Below are positions 19,948 to 30,300 of a stretch of 64,000 nucleotides of DNA, in pieces; within the stretch, counting starts at the first letter, position 1; each line of letters starts with the position of its first letter. Origin of the DNA: a virus; the IMG/VR virus record IMGVR_UViG_3300043464_002317, positions 17,323 through 81,322 of that record. One strand, written 5' to 3'. Both the position numbers and the translations under genes were made by a program. The notes under the pieces are model-generated. The model made no database searches, was not told the origin of the DNA, and saw only the letters and a list, made by a program, of their open reading frames with translations.

Positions 19948-20794
19948 TGAGGTAGCCTCTCAACCTTATTTTAAAGATAATCCTCATCTTATTGATAAAG
20001 CGGCAATTTATAGATGGGTTACAATGGCTCTTGGTAATTTTGGTAGAAATATCATGCAAAAACAAGAAGCTGTTATTCATATTCAAAATTATAAAGGTCT
20101 GAAACCAAAAGGTTTTAAACAACTATCGTTAGCAATAAAATTAGATTTAGCTGGGATAAATGTAAATACAGAAGATAAATCTGTAATGCAAGGTTCTTTT
20201 ATGTGGAAAGAACGTATAGAAAAATACAACTTAGAAGATACTGTCGATTTTAATTGTGAAGAAACTTGCGAGAAAAAAACCTGTGAAAAAACTATAGTTG
20301 AAAATTTTTATCTTCGACCAGATGTTTTAGCAACAGCTCGCTACATAAACCCTCTTTACTTAAAAATAGGTGATGATTTACTAGGTTCATGCGACTCCGA
20401 TTGTGTAAACCGTTTTAATTATGACTCAAGATTTCAAATCAATATTAAAGGAGACTTTGTTAATGCAAACTTCAAAAACGGAGTTATTTACTTACGCTAT
20501 TGGGGATTACCAATAGATGATGATGGATTGCCATTAATCCCTGATACAGAAAATCATTCTGTTCAACACTATTTAGAATACCTTATAAAGAGAAAATTGC
20601 TTGAACAAGCAATGTGGAGCAAAGATGCAGTTAATTTACAAGCAATGTTCCAATTCACTGTGCAAGAAGAAAAAAATCTACTTGGAACAGCTTTAAGAGA
20701 CACAAGTCCTCTATCCATGAAAGCTTTGTGGAATGCAATAGATTTTAAAAGAAAAAATGTTTCTAAGTTTAATGTAAATCTTGGTAATTATTAA
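19913..20794 (+). CDS. Tail tubular/ring protein (Ttub-like)
   Basis: NFKNGVIYLRY.GLP.DDDGLPLIPD motif; synteny. Confidence 0.7.
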   Translation: MVELVSLENLISEVASQPYFKDNPHLIDKAAIYRWVTMALGNFGRNIMQKQEAVIHIQNYKGLKPKGFKQLSLAIKLDLAGINVNTEDKSVMQGSFMWKERIEKYNLEDTVDFNCEETCEKKTCEKTIVENFYLRPDVLATARYINPLYLKIGDDLLGSCDSDCVNRFNYDSRFQINIKGDFVNANFKNGVIYLRYWGLPIDDDGLPLIPDTENHSVQHYLEYLIKRKLLEQAMWSKDAVNLQAMFQFTVQEEKNLLGTALRDTSPLSMKALWNAIDFKRKNVSKFNVNLGNY

Positions 20795-23700
20795 TGGAAA
20801 AATCAAATCAAAATATAAATCAAGGTTTTAAAGGAATGAATAAAGACGTTCCTGTTGACACTAACAATCAACAAACCTATACCTATATGCTTAACGGTAA
20901 TATTGAAAGCATAGATGGTAATTCAGTAGGCATCCAAAATGAGCAATCAAATCTTTTATGTACGGTATTTCCTGAAGGTTATAAAGTAATAAATTATCAA
21001 TTAGATATTACAGACGATACAGTTTATTATTTTTTAGTAAACCCAGATACAAATTGTTCAGAAATAGGTAAAATAAGAAATATTCAAAATATATCTAATT
21101 TATCTGATACAGAGATATTATGTGGTTGCGGTATAAAAATGGTTTTAGCAGAAGGTCTCGAAACACAAGAGCCAACTCCAATATGCAACTATGAAACGGT
21201 AATAAACGACTGTGATTGCAACGAATTAGAAGAAGGTTTAAGATGTTTAAATTTTAGTATTAACTACCCAATAGATTCTGAGATAAAAGATGAAAAATGT
21301 GGTAAGGTACTTTATTTTACAGATAATTATAACGAACGAAGAAGATTAGAAGTAGATAGTTTAGAACAGTATTATACCAAATTAGAATACTGCGAAGAAG
21401 GAGACGAAGATTGTAACGATTGCGGAACGAAAGAAGTTCAAGTATGTTTGAATTGCACAAAAATGCTTGTACAAGCTCCTTTTTCTATTCCTTGTATAGA
21501 CGTAAAACCAATAGTTAACGGAGGAAATTTACGCCATGGACTTTATGTTTATTATGTAGCTTATTCTGATAAATTAGGTAATGAACTAACACGATATATG
21601 AGTGTTACAGGAGAAATTCCTGTAAAAGATTTAAACAGAAATATCTATCAACAAAATGAATTAGATGCAGTAACTAATTTAGGCATCAAACTCGAAGTAT
21701 CTAATTTAGATTTAAACTACAAATACTTTAAAATAGCTGTTGTAGAGAAAACATCTGTAGACGGAGCAGTGAGATACGTAACTGTAGGGACATATCCTAT
21801 TGGAGAAAATGTAGTTTTTCATACAGCAAACAATTTAACTACAGAAGAAAAACTCTCTCGTGAAAGATTATCTTTAGATTTTCCGCAATATAAAAAGAGT
21901 AAATATGTTCAGCAAATTGACAATAAACTCTTTTTTTCAGATTTAGAAGCACAAGATGAAATAAATCTGCAACCTGTTGTAAATTTAATAGGTCAATTTG
22001 CAAAATGGAGAACAGTTATTGCGGAAGAAGATATTTATAAGTCTTCTGATTTAGCTTCTAAGTATAGAAGTAATATGAGAGATGAAGTTATTCCATACGC
22101 CATACGATTCTTTACATCCGATGGATATGTAACAGCAAATTTCCCACTAATAAATAGAGTAGCTCAAGACCCTAATGATTTATACTTTGATAATACGCAC
22201 GCAGCAGACCCACAAGGCACTATAGAAACTCTTTTGGAAGAGTACAAAGATTCTCAAATACAACCAGAGAATACTTGGGAAAAAGATATTGTTTCAACTC
22301 TTGTAAATGGCAACTCAAATTGTGAGAGTTTAGAGCGTATTTACAAATGGCAATATTATAACACTGCAATAGTTGAAATAGATGGTTTTGAAACAGTATT
22401 TTCTTCAGAATACCCAGATTGTCTTACTGGAGAAACAGAAACATTAGAAGACCAAGATGTTACAAAATATTGTATTAGTCAGTATTTTACAGACCAAGTT
22501 GGTAAAATAATTATTTCAAATTTTGAAGAAGGAGAAATATTTACAACATTAGAAGAGTATATAGAAGACCATCAAAATGACCCAGACCCAGATGCTAATT
22601 TAGATTTTGCAGATAGCGGAATAACAACCATAAAAACATCAAATTATACTTCTAAAATTTGTTGTGTATGTGGAGAACAAGACTGTGATTTAGCTTGTGA
22701 AGACTCTTCTTGTATAGATTGCGAAGTTAGTGAAGATTGTTTCGTACCTTGCATAGATGATGTAGTAGAAGTAAATAGTTGTGATTTATCAACTTTATTT
22801 CCAGAAGGTATTTGCGGAGAACCTTGTTATGATGAATCTAAAAGTAAAGCTTCTTTTGTAAAACTACATAAATGTGAAAACGAAATTTCTATTGTAAAAA
22901 CCTACAAAGATTGCAACACTTACGATAGACAAGACGAACCTGTAAACTGTTATATATATCAACAGACAACAGGTGGTTTTACTAATCTAAATGTTTGTTG
23001 CCCAAATTGCTCTTCAGCAGAATGTACAAATGCAGATGGAGATAGTTGTGAAGAAACATCTCCTGGAGCTAATGATGGCGACCCATGTTGTGAATGGGAA
23101 TATGCTCAAGTTATGGACACTTCAGGAACTGGAAATTGTAGAAGTTCCATGGAAGTATACGACAGAGTAGCTAACGCTTACGGAGGTAAAACTTGTGCAA
23201 CAGCAAGCAATGTATTTCTCAATCAAATTTCAGCTTTAACTGCACATTTAATTCCTTATTACACAAATGCAGGAGCAACAGATTTAGTTACTTCAGTAGT
23301 AGCAGGATACAGTGGAAATTATGGGACTTTGGCAACAATAAAAAGTTGTAATGCAGGTATTGGTAAATCTCAACCAACAGGAGAAACAGCTATTTTTGAT
23401 ACAAACATACATAAAAATGCGCTGTGGTTTAAAGTAGAAAATATACCTACAGGAGTAGATAAAATAGTTTTAACTATATCAGATTTAACAAATACCCCTT
23501 CTGGAACAACAGGAAAAGACTGTTTAATGTACAGCTCATACCACAGATTTTCACTTTATACAACATGTGGAACTCCATTAGCAGGAGGATTAGTAGAAGA
23601 ACCAGCCGAATTAGTAAATGACGTTAATAATTCTATTGACCAACCAAAAGCAGGTGTTTTATGTATTGATACACTATCGTTAAGAGATGACCCAGATGTA

Positions 23701-26700
23701 CCTATCACAACAATATATATTGCAATAGATGCACCTTATTGGATAAACTCAGCTGATACTGATTATGGATATGTTGTAGGAACAGCATCTTGTTTTTCTA
23801 TTTTAGCTAAATCGGCAGATATTGAATCAGTTACTGTAGACTTAGGTACTGCAAGATTAGAATATGAAAAGAAGTGTGCATACACAGCTAAATGTGATTT
23901 ACAAATTTTTAAAGATGTAAAGTGCAATCCTGTTCCATTTTCAGAAGGAAAATTTGCATATTGGGAATCAATAGAAAAATATCCAGACAACTCTTATTTA
24001 TATAACAGTACTAACTTAGTTATAAATGAAGATGATATTCCATTAGATATACAAACAGAATTTGAAGATGTATTTACAAGTGATACTTTAGAAAATGGAG
24101 ATTATGAATTGAACTTAGAAACTACAGATTTTAGATGCAAACCTATTCGTCATTTTAAATTCCCAGATAGTTGTATATCTCCAGAACACGATGGTAATTT
24201 AGAATTTGGATTACAACCAAACTTTAATAAAAATAAAGTGTTCCCTATAGGACTTTATTTAGATAACAAAATTATCAATGCATTCTTAGATGTTGCAGCA
24301 AAACCAGAAAATGCTCTAATAACTCCAGAATTTAGAGATAAAATAGTCGGCTATGAAATCTTTATAGGTAACATGATGTTAAACAGAAGTATTATTGGAA
24401 AAGGTCTTTTGTACGATATGTATAAATACAAAGAAGATAATAAAGATGTTTTATTTTCTAACTTCCCATTCAATACTTTAGGTAATAATAAATTGCTCTA
24501 TAAAGATATGAGTAGAGCAGAATTTATTGACCACCCTTACAACTCAACAGAAAACGATAGGTTCTCTTTCTTATCTCCAGATTTTAGTTTTGACAGACCA
24601 AATTTACCTTTTGAAATGAAAATAGAACATTTCAAAATAGGAAATAGCCGAGGAAGATTTGCACAAGTAGAGGGACATTCTAAAATGGTTCTACTTACTA
24701 AGAATGCTGAAATTATTGCTGCCGTATTAGCAGGATTAGAAGAAGCACTTTTAATAGTTACAAAAACACTAGATAGCTTAGTTGTAGCAGGGACAGGAAC
24801 ATTTGGTATAGGCGTATCAATTGCAGCTATATCAGCTACATTAGCAGCAGAATTAGTAGCTTCGTTTACATATCGAGGAGCTCAAAAAACATTCCAATGG
24901 TTACAAATATTTGACCAAAACGGGATACCAAATAATTTCGCTTCTTATTACGCTTCAGAAGGTTTATACAATGGATTTTCTTGTAGCGGAACAGAAGGGA
25001 ATTTATTGCGAGGTCTACAAGGCAAACAATATATTCGTAATGGAAGATATTTATTCAATGAAAATTTTGAAGAAACTCGTATAAATAATTTTAACAGAGA
25101 AAGTTCTGTTTATTTGAACTTAGGAAAAGATTTTAAATTAGAATATCCGTCTCAAATAAAAACATACGATGATTCAAGAATTGATGAAGCTCCATCAGAA
25201 ACAGAAGGAGAAGAAAGAAAAACATCAACAGAACAAATAAGAAATATTGCATCTGCATATGTATCTTTAAAAAATTATACTCCAGCTCAACATGGAACTA
25301 TTAATTCTATCAGTTGGATAAGTACAAGTTACTGCGGTGATTTAACAAAAGAAAACACATGTGATACAGTTTTCGGTGGAGATACTTTTATTGTTAGACA
25401 TACAGTTAAAAGAAAGTTTCCTTTCTTTATAGCTCCGATGATTAATGGTATAAATTCATTACCATCTTTAACACCTTTCAGTTATTCTTTACAAAGAAAC
25501 ATAGGAGCACCACGTTACTACGTTGATTATAAAACAGGACAAGTACCATTACTAGGTTTAGTTTCTTTTCCACCAATAAAAAGCTATTATTACTTAGATA
25601 ATCAGGAAACTTCTTTCTTGTATGTAAAAGATACATCTAAGTTCTATTTATACGAATACGGTATAGCAAGTTTTATTTGCGAAACAAGAATAAACGAGAA
25701 TTTTAGATACGCTGAAAATAGCCGAGAAAGAGATTTTTGGGGTAATCAAAATGATTATATAGCTTGGACGCAAGAAGAAAATGTTCCTATATTTGAAGAT
25801 AATTATTATTTTTATAACAACACTTATAGTGCAGATAATTATATCTATGCATGGAGAGCATTAAGGGCTGACTTTGACCCAGTACAATCCGCTTGTCAAG
25901 TAAATCATTGGGACAGAACAATCTATAGTATAGAAGATAATAATGAGCAAGATAATATAGATAACTGGCGTATATTTTTACCAAATAATTTTAAGGATTT
26001 TGGTAATAAATATGGAACTTTTTACGGAGTTAAACCTATTGAATCTTTAAAGTTAGTAGCTCGATTTGAAAATGGCTTTGCTATTTATCCATCAACAGCT
26101 ACAGTACAAAGTTCGGCAGGTGATGTAACATTAGGAACAGCTGGTCTTTTCCAAGTAAAACCTTCAGATTTTGTTGTATCAGATTTAGGTTACGGAGGCA
26201 CACAACAATCAGCTTGGCTAAGTACAGAATACGGTCATTTTTGGGTAGATGCAAAACGAGGAAGAGTTCATAGATTAGAAGTACAAGCAGCAGGACAAGA
26301 AGAAATCTCTAAGAACGGAATGAAAAACTGGTTCAGAGAAAATTTACCTTTCAATATCTTGAAACAATTCCCTAACATGTCCGTAGAGATGTTAGACAAC
26401 CCTTATAAAGGAATAGGTATTGTTCTCGGTTGGGACAGCAGACACGAAAGAGTCTTCTTAACTAAGAAAGATGTAAAATTAAAACAACAATATTTAAATA
26501 ATGTTGTTATAGAAGGATTAGATTTTTATCTAGTAACTATAGAAGACGAAGAAGAAGTAAAAACATTAATACAACCTTCAGATGAAACTTACTTTACAGA
26601 TACAAGCTGGACTTTAGCTTACAGCCCAAATCTTAAAACTTGGATTTCATACTATACATTTAAACCTAATTATTTCGTACCGTTCCAACATTATTTTCAA

Positions 26701-27300
26701 ACAGGTATAAACTGGGGAGCTAATACAGGACTATGGTCGCACTTACTAACAGATAACACTTCTTTCCAAGTTTTTTACGGTAACTTAGAACCTTGGAAAT
26801 TAGAAATACCTTATAAGAGCGATGTGTATTCTAAATATGGAGAAGATATAAACTATTCTTTAGAAACATTACGTTATGAAAATGAAAACGATTTTAAACA
26901 TATTGTTGCTAACTTCAACCATGTAGTTATCTATAACAATCAAGAAAGCACAGGGAAATTAAATTTAATAAGACAAATTCCAAATAATGCTAGATTTATA
27001 TGTAATTATCCTAAATACAATGTTTATAACTCAGTAGATATTTTAGCGACTAACGAATACCAAGATTGGAGTTTTAATTATCTATTTGACAATATTAAAA
27101 ACAATACAAACATTCCTATTTGGATTCATACTCCGAGTGCAGACGATAAAGTTTTAAATCAAAATGCGCACGATTATAGACCAACATTTAAAAACCTACT
27201 AAGAGGTAAATATTTCTTGGCACGATTTACTCAAGAAACAGAGTCAAGAATTAAATTCATCTACAAGTGGAGCAGTTTACAAAATAAATTGTTTGATTAA
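20794..27300 (+). CDS. Tail stabilisation/muzzle protein (Tstab-like)
   Basis: 2168 aa; KGMNKD, LYFTDNYN, MRDEV.PYAIRF, IRHFKFPD, FGGDTFI, FWVDAKRG, SWTLAYS, WISYYTF.P motifs. Confidence 0.75.
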   Translation: MEKSNQNINQGFKGMNKDVPVDTNNQQTYTYMLNGNIESIDGNSVGIQNEQSNLLCTVFPEGYKVINYQLDITDDTVYYFLVNPDTNCSEIGKIRNIQNISNLSDTEILCGCGIKMVLAEGLETQEPTPICNYETVINDCDCNELEEGLRCLNFSINYPIDSEIKDEKCGKVLYFTDNYNERRRLEVDSLEQYYTKLEYCEEGDEDCNDCGTKEVQVCLNCTKMLVQAPFSIPCIDVKPIVNGGNLRHGLYVYYVAYSDKLGNELTRYMSVTGEIPVKDLNRNIYQQNELDAVTNLGIKLEVSNLDLNYKYFKIAVVEKTSVDGAVRYVTVGTYPIGENVVFHTANNLTTEEKLSRERLSLDFPQYKKSKYVQQIDNKLFFSDLEAQDEINLQPVVNLIGQFAKWRTVIAEEDIYKSSDLASKYRSNMRDEVIPYAIRFFTSDGYVTANFPLINRVAQDPNDLYFDNTHAADPQGTIETLLEEYKDSQIQPENTWEKDIVSTLVNGNSNCESLERIYKWQYYNTAIVEIDGFETVFSSEYPDCLTGETETLEDQDVTKYCISQYFTDQVGKIIISNFEEGEIFTTLEEYIEDHQNDPDPDANLDFADSGITTIKTSNYTSKICCVCGEQDCDLACEDSSCIDCEVSEDCFVPCIDDVVEVNSCDLSTLFPEGICGEPCYDESKSKASFVKLHKCENEISIVKTYKDCNTYDRQDEPVNCYIYQQTTGGFTNLNVCCPNCSSAECTNADGDSCEETSPGANDGDPCCEWEYAQVMDTSGTGNCRSSMEVYDRVANAYGGKTCATASNVFLNQISALTAHLIPYYTNAGATDLVTSVVAGYSGNYGTLATIKSCNAGIGKSQPTGETAIFDTNIHKNALWFKVENIPTGVDKIVLTISDLTNTPSGTTGKDCLMYSSYHRFSLYTTCGTPLAGGLVEEPAELVNDVNNSIDQPKAGVLCIDTLSLRDDPDVPITTIYIAIDAPYWINSADTDYGYVVGTASCFSILAKSADIESVTVDLGTARLEYEKKCAYTAKCDLQIFKDVKCNPVPFSEGKFAYWESIEKYPDNSYLYNSTNLVINEDDIPLDIQTEFEDVFTSDTLENGDYELNLETTDFRCKPIRHFKFPDSCISPEHDGNLEFGLQPNFNKNKVFPIGLYLDNKIINAFLDVAAKPENALITPEFRDKIVGYEIFIGNMMLNRSIIGKGLLYDMYKYKEDNKDVLFSNFPFNTLGNNKLLYKDMSRAEFIDHPYNSTENDRFSFLSPDFSFDRPNLPFEMKIEHFKIGNSRGRFAQVEGHSKMVLLTKNAEIIAAVLAGLEEALLIVTKTLDSLVVAGTGTFGIGVSIAAISATLAAELVASFTYRGAQKTFQWLQIFDQNGIPNNFASYYASEGLYNGFSCSGTEGNLLRGLQGKQYIRNGRYLFNENFEETRINNFNRESSVYLNLGKDFKLEYPSQIKTYDDSRIDEAPSETEGEERKTSTEQIRNIASAYVSLKNYTPAQHGTINSISWISTSYCGDLTKENTCDTVFGGDTFIVRHTVKRKFPFFIAPMINGINSLPSLTPFSYSLQRNIGAPRYYVDYKTGQVPLLGLVSFPPIKSYYYLDNQETSFLYVKDTSKFYLYEYGIASFICETRINENFRYAENSRERDFWGNQNDYIAWTQEENVPIFEDNYYFYNNTYSADNYIYAWRALRADFDPVQSACQVNHWDRTIYSIEDNNEQDNIDNWRIFLPNNFKDFGNKYGTFYGVKPIESLKLVARFENGFAIYPSTATVQSSAGDVTLGTAGLFQVKPSDFVVSDLGYGGTQQSAWLSTEYGHFWVDAKRGRVHRLEVQAAGQEEISKNGMKNWFRENLPFNILKQFPNMSVEMLDNPYKGIGIVLGWDSRHERVFLTKKDVKLKQQYLNNVVIEGLDFYLVTIEDEEEVKTLIQPSDETYFTDTSWTLAYSPNLKTWISYYTFKPNYFVPFQHYFQTGINWGANTGLWSHLLTDNTSFQVFYGNLEPWKLEIPYKSDVYSKYGEDINYSLETLRYENENDFKHIVANFNHVVIYNNQESTGKLNLIRQIPNNARFICNYPKYNVYNSVDILATNEYQDWSFNYLFDNIKNNTNIPIWIHTPSADDKVLNQNAHDYRPTFKNLLRGKYFLARFTQETESRIKFIYKWSSLQNKLFD

Positions 27301-30300
27301 TGAAAAATAATAAATTAATAAGGTTTAGTTTAGAGCAAAATGGAGGGTCTGCACCAAAGTTAATGCAAGAAGGAAGATTTTCTAATTATAATTGGAAAGA
27401 AAATAGAGAATATAAAAAAAACCCAGCTAATTTAAATAGTAGAGGTGGACTTGATGTAGGTGTTTCAAAAAATTTACCATTAGGATTTAGAAGTTCTGCT
27501 GGTGTAGAGTTTGATGAAGGTAAAGTTAATTACAGAGGAGGTTTAGGATATAATAATAAAGGTCTTGATATAAACACTAATTATAATAGCAGCGGCAAAC
27601 TTAATGCGAGTGTTAATTATGATAGCCCTGTTGGTCTTAAAGCAGGTTTTAGATATAGTGATAATAAAGGAGAAAAAACTTATAGTGGAAATTTAGGTTA
27701 TAGTGGTGAAAAAATACCTATAGGTTTAAATACTGGTTATACACATACATCTGAAGGACATAATGCAAATGCTGACCTTAACTTTAATACAAAAAATATT
27801 AATGGAAATTTTGGGTACGAGTATAATCAAGAAGGTAATAAAAATTCATTTAATGCAGGAGTAAATATTCCATTTGCTAATAAAAAAGGAAACATAGGCA
27901 TCAACAGTAAGTATAATATAGGAGATAAACAACCATCTGTTAATATAGGAACTACTTTTAAATTTAAAAACGGAGGGGATGTAAGCGATAAAAAAGACAC
28001 ATTATCTAAATTAAAAAAAGCTTTATCTTTAAGAGAAAACTTAGGTAATCTTGATACTGAACAAGGATATAATACTCCATTAAAACAAGTTTTAAGAACT
28101 GCAATAGGATTAGAAGGAAAAGATTATAGTAATAAACCTATGTCATCTATTGCTAGAGAGCAAGATGCTTTTAGAATGTATTTAGGATTACCTTCTAGAA
28201 CAGGAGCATTTGAACAAACAGGTTCTAATAAATATAGAATAAGGGATTATGGTCAGTTGTATCCTGAAACTATGCCTTCAGATGAAGCAGTATTATATTC
28301 TAATAAAATAAATAAGGCTGTTGAAATGGATAAATCTCCTGTAGATTTAAACAAACTAGTAGAGTTAACTCCTTATGCGGATATACTTATGGGCACCCAT
28401 AATGTTGTTAAAGATAAAGATGCTAAAGGAGAATATTTAAAATACTACGATAGATTTGATTTTGACCCTACAAGATACGCAAATCAATTTATTGATAGAA
28501 ATGTTAACCCAACTATTGGTAAATATTTAAAAAAAGCAACTCCTGTATTAGATGAATTAGAGAGTCTAATATTTAACCCTTTTGAACTAGAAGATAAAGT
28601 TTATTACAACCCTAAAACAAAATTACGTTCAGATATTATTTTACAACAAAATAGACAAAGAGTAGTTCCAGGACAACCAATAGCTATCCCAGCAGATTTT
28701 CAAAGTGGTGGAGAAATGATAAAAAGAAATCTTTGGGATAATATAGGGAGTACTTTTAAGTTTCAAAATGCAGGGCAAAAAAACTCAACATATACTTGGA
28801 GTACACAAGAAGCATCAAAACCAAAAGGGACAGATGTAAAAGCTCCAAATGACACAAATATTACCAAAACAGATGTATTAACTGATAAAGCTCAATTAGA
28901 CGAGTACCGAGATTTTCTAAAATCTAAATATAAAAAACAAGACGAAGAATATAATAATCTACCTCTTGTAAAAATGCAATCTTTATATAGCGATAAAATA
29001 GAAAACTTCTCACCAGAGACTAGGTTTGGAGAAATCCCAGAAAATCCTACAACAGTAAATTTAACACAAGGTAGATTTAATACAGCAAAAGTACCAACCT
29101 ATGTTATTGACCAAGCAATAGAATCAGCAAAAAGAAATAATAGACCAGTAGGAGAATTATTAGCTCTTATAGGAAGAGAATCTACATTTGGTCAACAAAA
29201 AAGTGACATGAGAGGTACTGCAAATAAAAAAGACTTAATTTCTGGTTGGAATCTAGCTGAAAAATATGAACCTTACGATTACATGCGTTTTTTAGCAGAT
29301 AAAGGTGTTGAAGGTATTATTGCTGAAAAAGATAGATTAAGAACATATTATGACTTTGACCCAAATGGAGGAAGAGAACAAGTTTTTGATTATGTCAATA
29401 GAAACCCAAAATTACTTGAAGAGTATAAGAAAAAATTAGAATCTCAACCTCAAATAGGAAATCAAGATTATTTTGATTTAGCTTATGAATTTCTCAAAGA
29501 CAAAGGAATTAAGAAGTACAATCCAGGAGACCCAAAATATGAAAGTATGTATAACGAAGATTTTCAAACATTGGAAAAAGAACCTGCATTACAAGAATAT
29601 TTAAAAAGCAAAGGAGTTTCATTTTCAAATACAAAATATCAACAAGGAGGCAACATTAATATAAATTCATTACAAATGCAAAACAACAATAAATTACAAA
29701 CACCTTCAGAAGCCGTTTATTCTGCATTAAGTAACTCGTACAATATAAATACAGATATGGGTTTACCAGAACTAACTACTTTAGAGCAATTTAAAAACGG
29801 AGGTTATAAAGTTATTCGCACTAACGAAAGAAAAGGTAAGACTCATAAAGTCATAGCACCAGATGGAAAAGTGCAATATTTTGGCGATGCAAAATTAGGA
29901 CAACATCCAAGAGACCCAGAAAGAAAAAAAGCTTTCTATGCTCGCCATAAAAAGAATTTAGAAAAAAACCCTTTATTCAGAGCATTCGCACGAGAAACTT
30001 GGCAAGATGGAGGAGAATTAAATAAACTAGGAGTAGAAAATTCTTTGTGGAATAATATCAGAGAAAATAGAGGCAGCGGAAGAAAACCTACAAAAGAAAT
30101 GTTAGAACAAGAAAAGAAAATTAAAGCTAAAGAAATGCAATCTGGTGGTAGCGTACAAGATAAAGAAATGGTAGATGGTATTGCAAATATATTATCACAA
30201 ATCAAAGACAAATCAAATAGAAAACAAGTAGCAAAAAATATGATAAAAGACTTTAACAACGAAAATGTAAATTTTAATTACGATAATTTTTTACAAGCTA

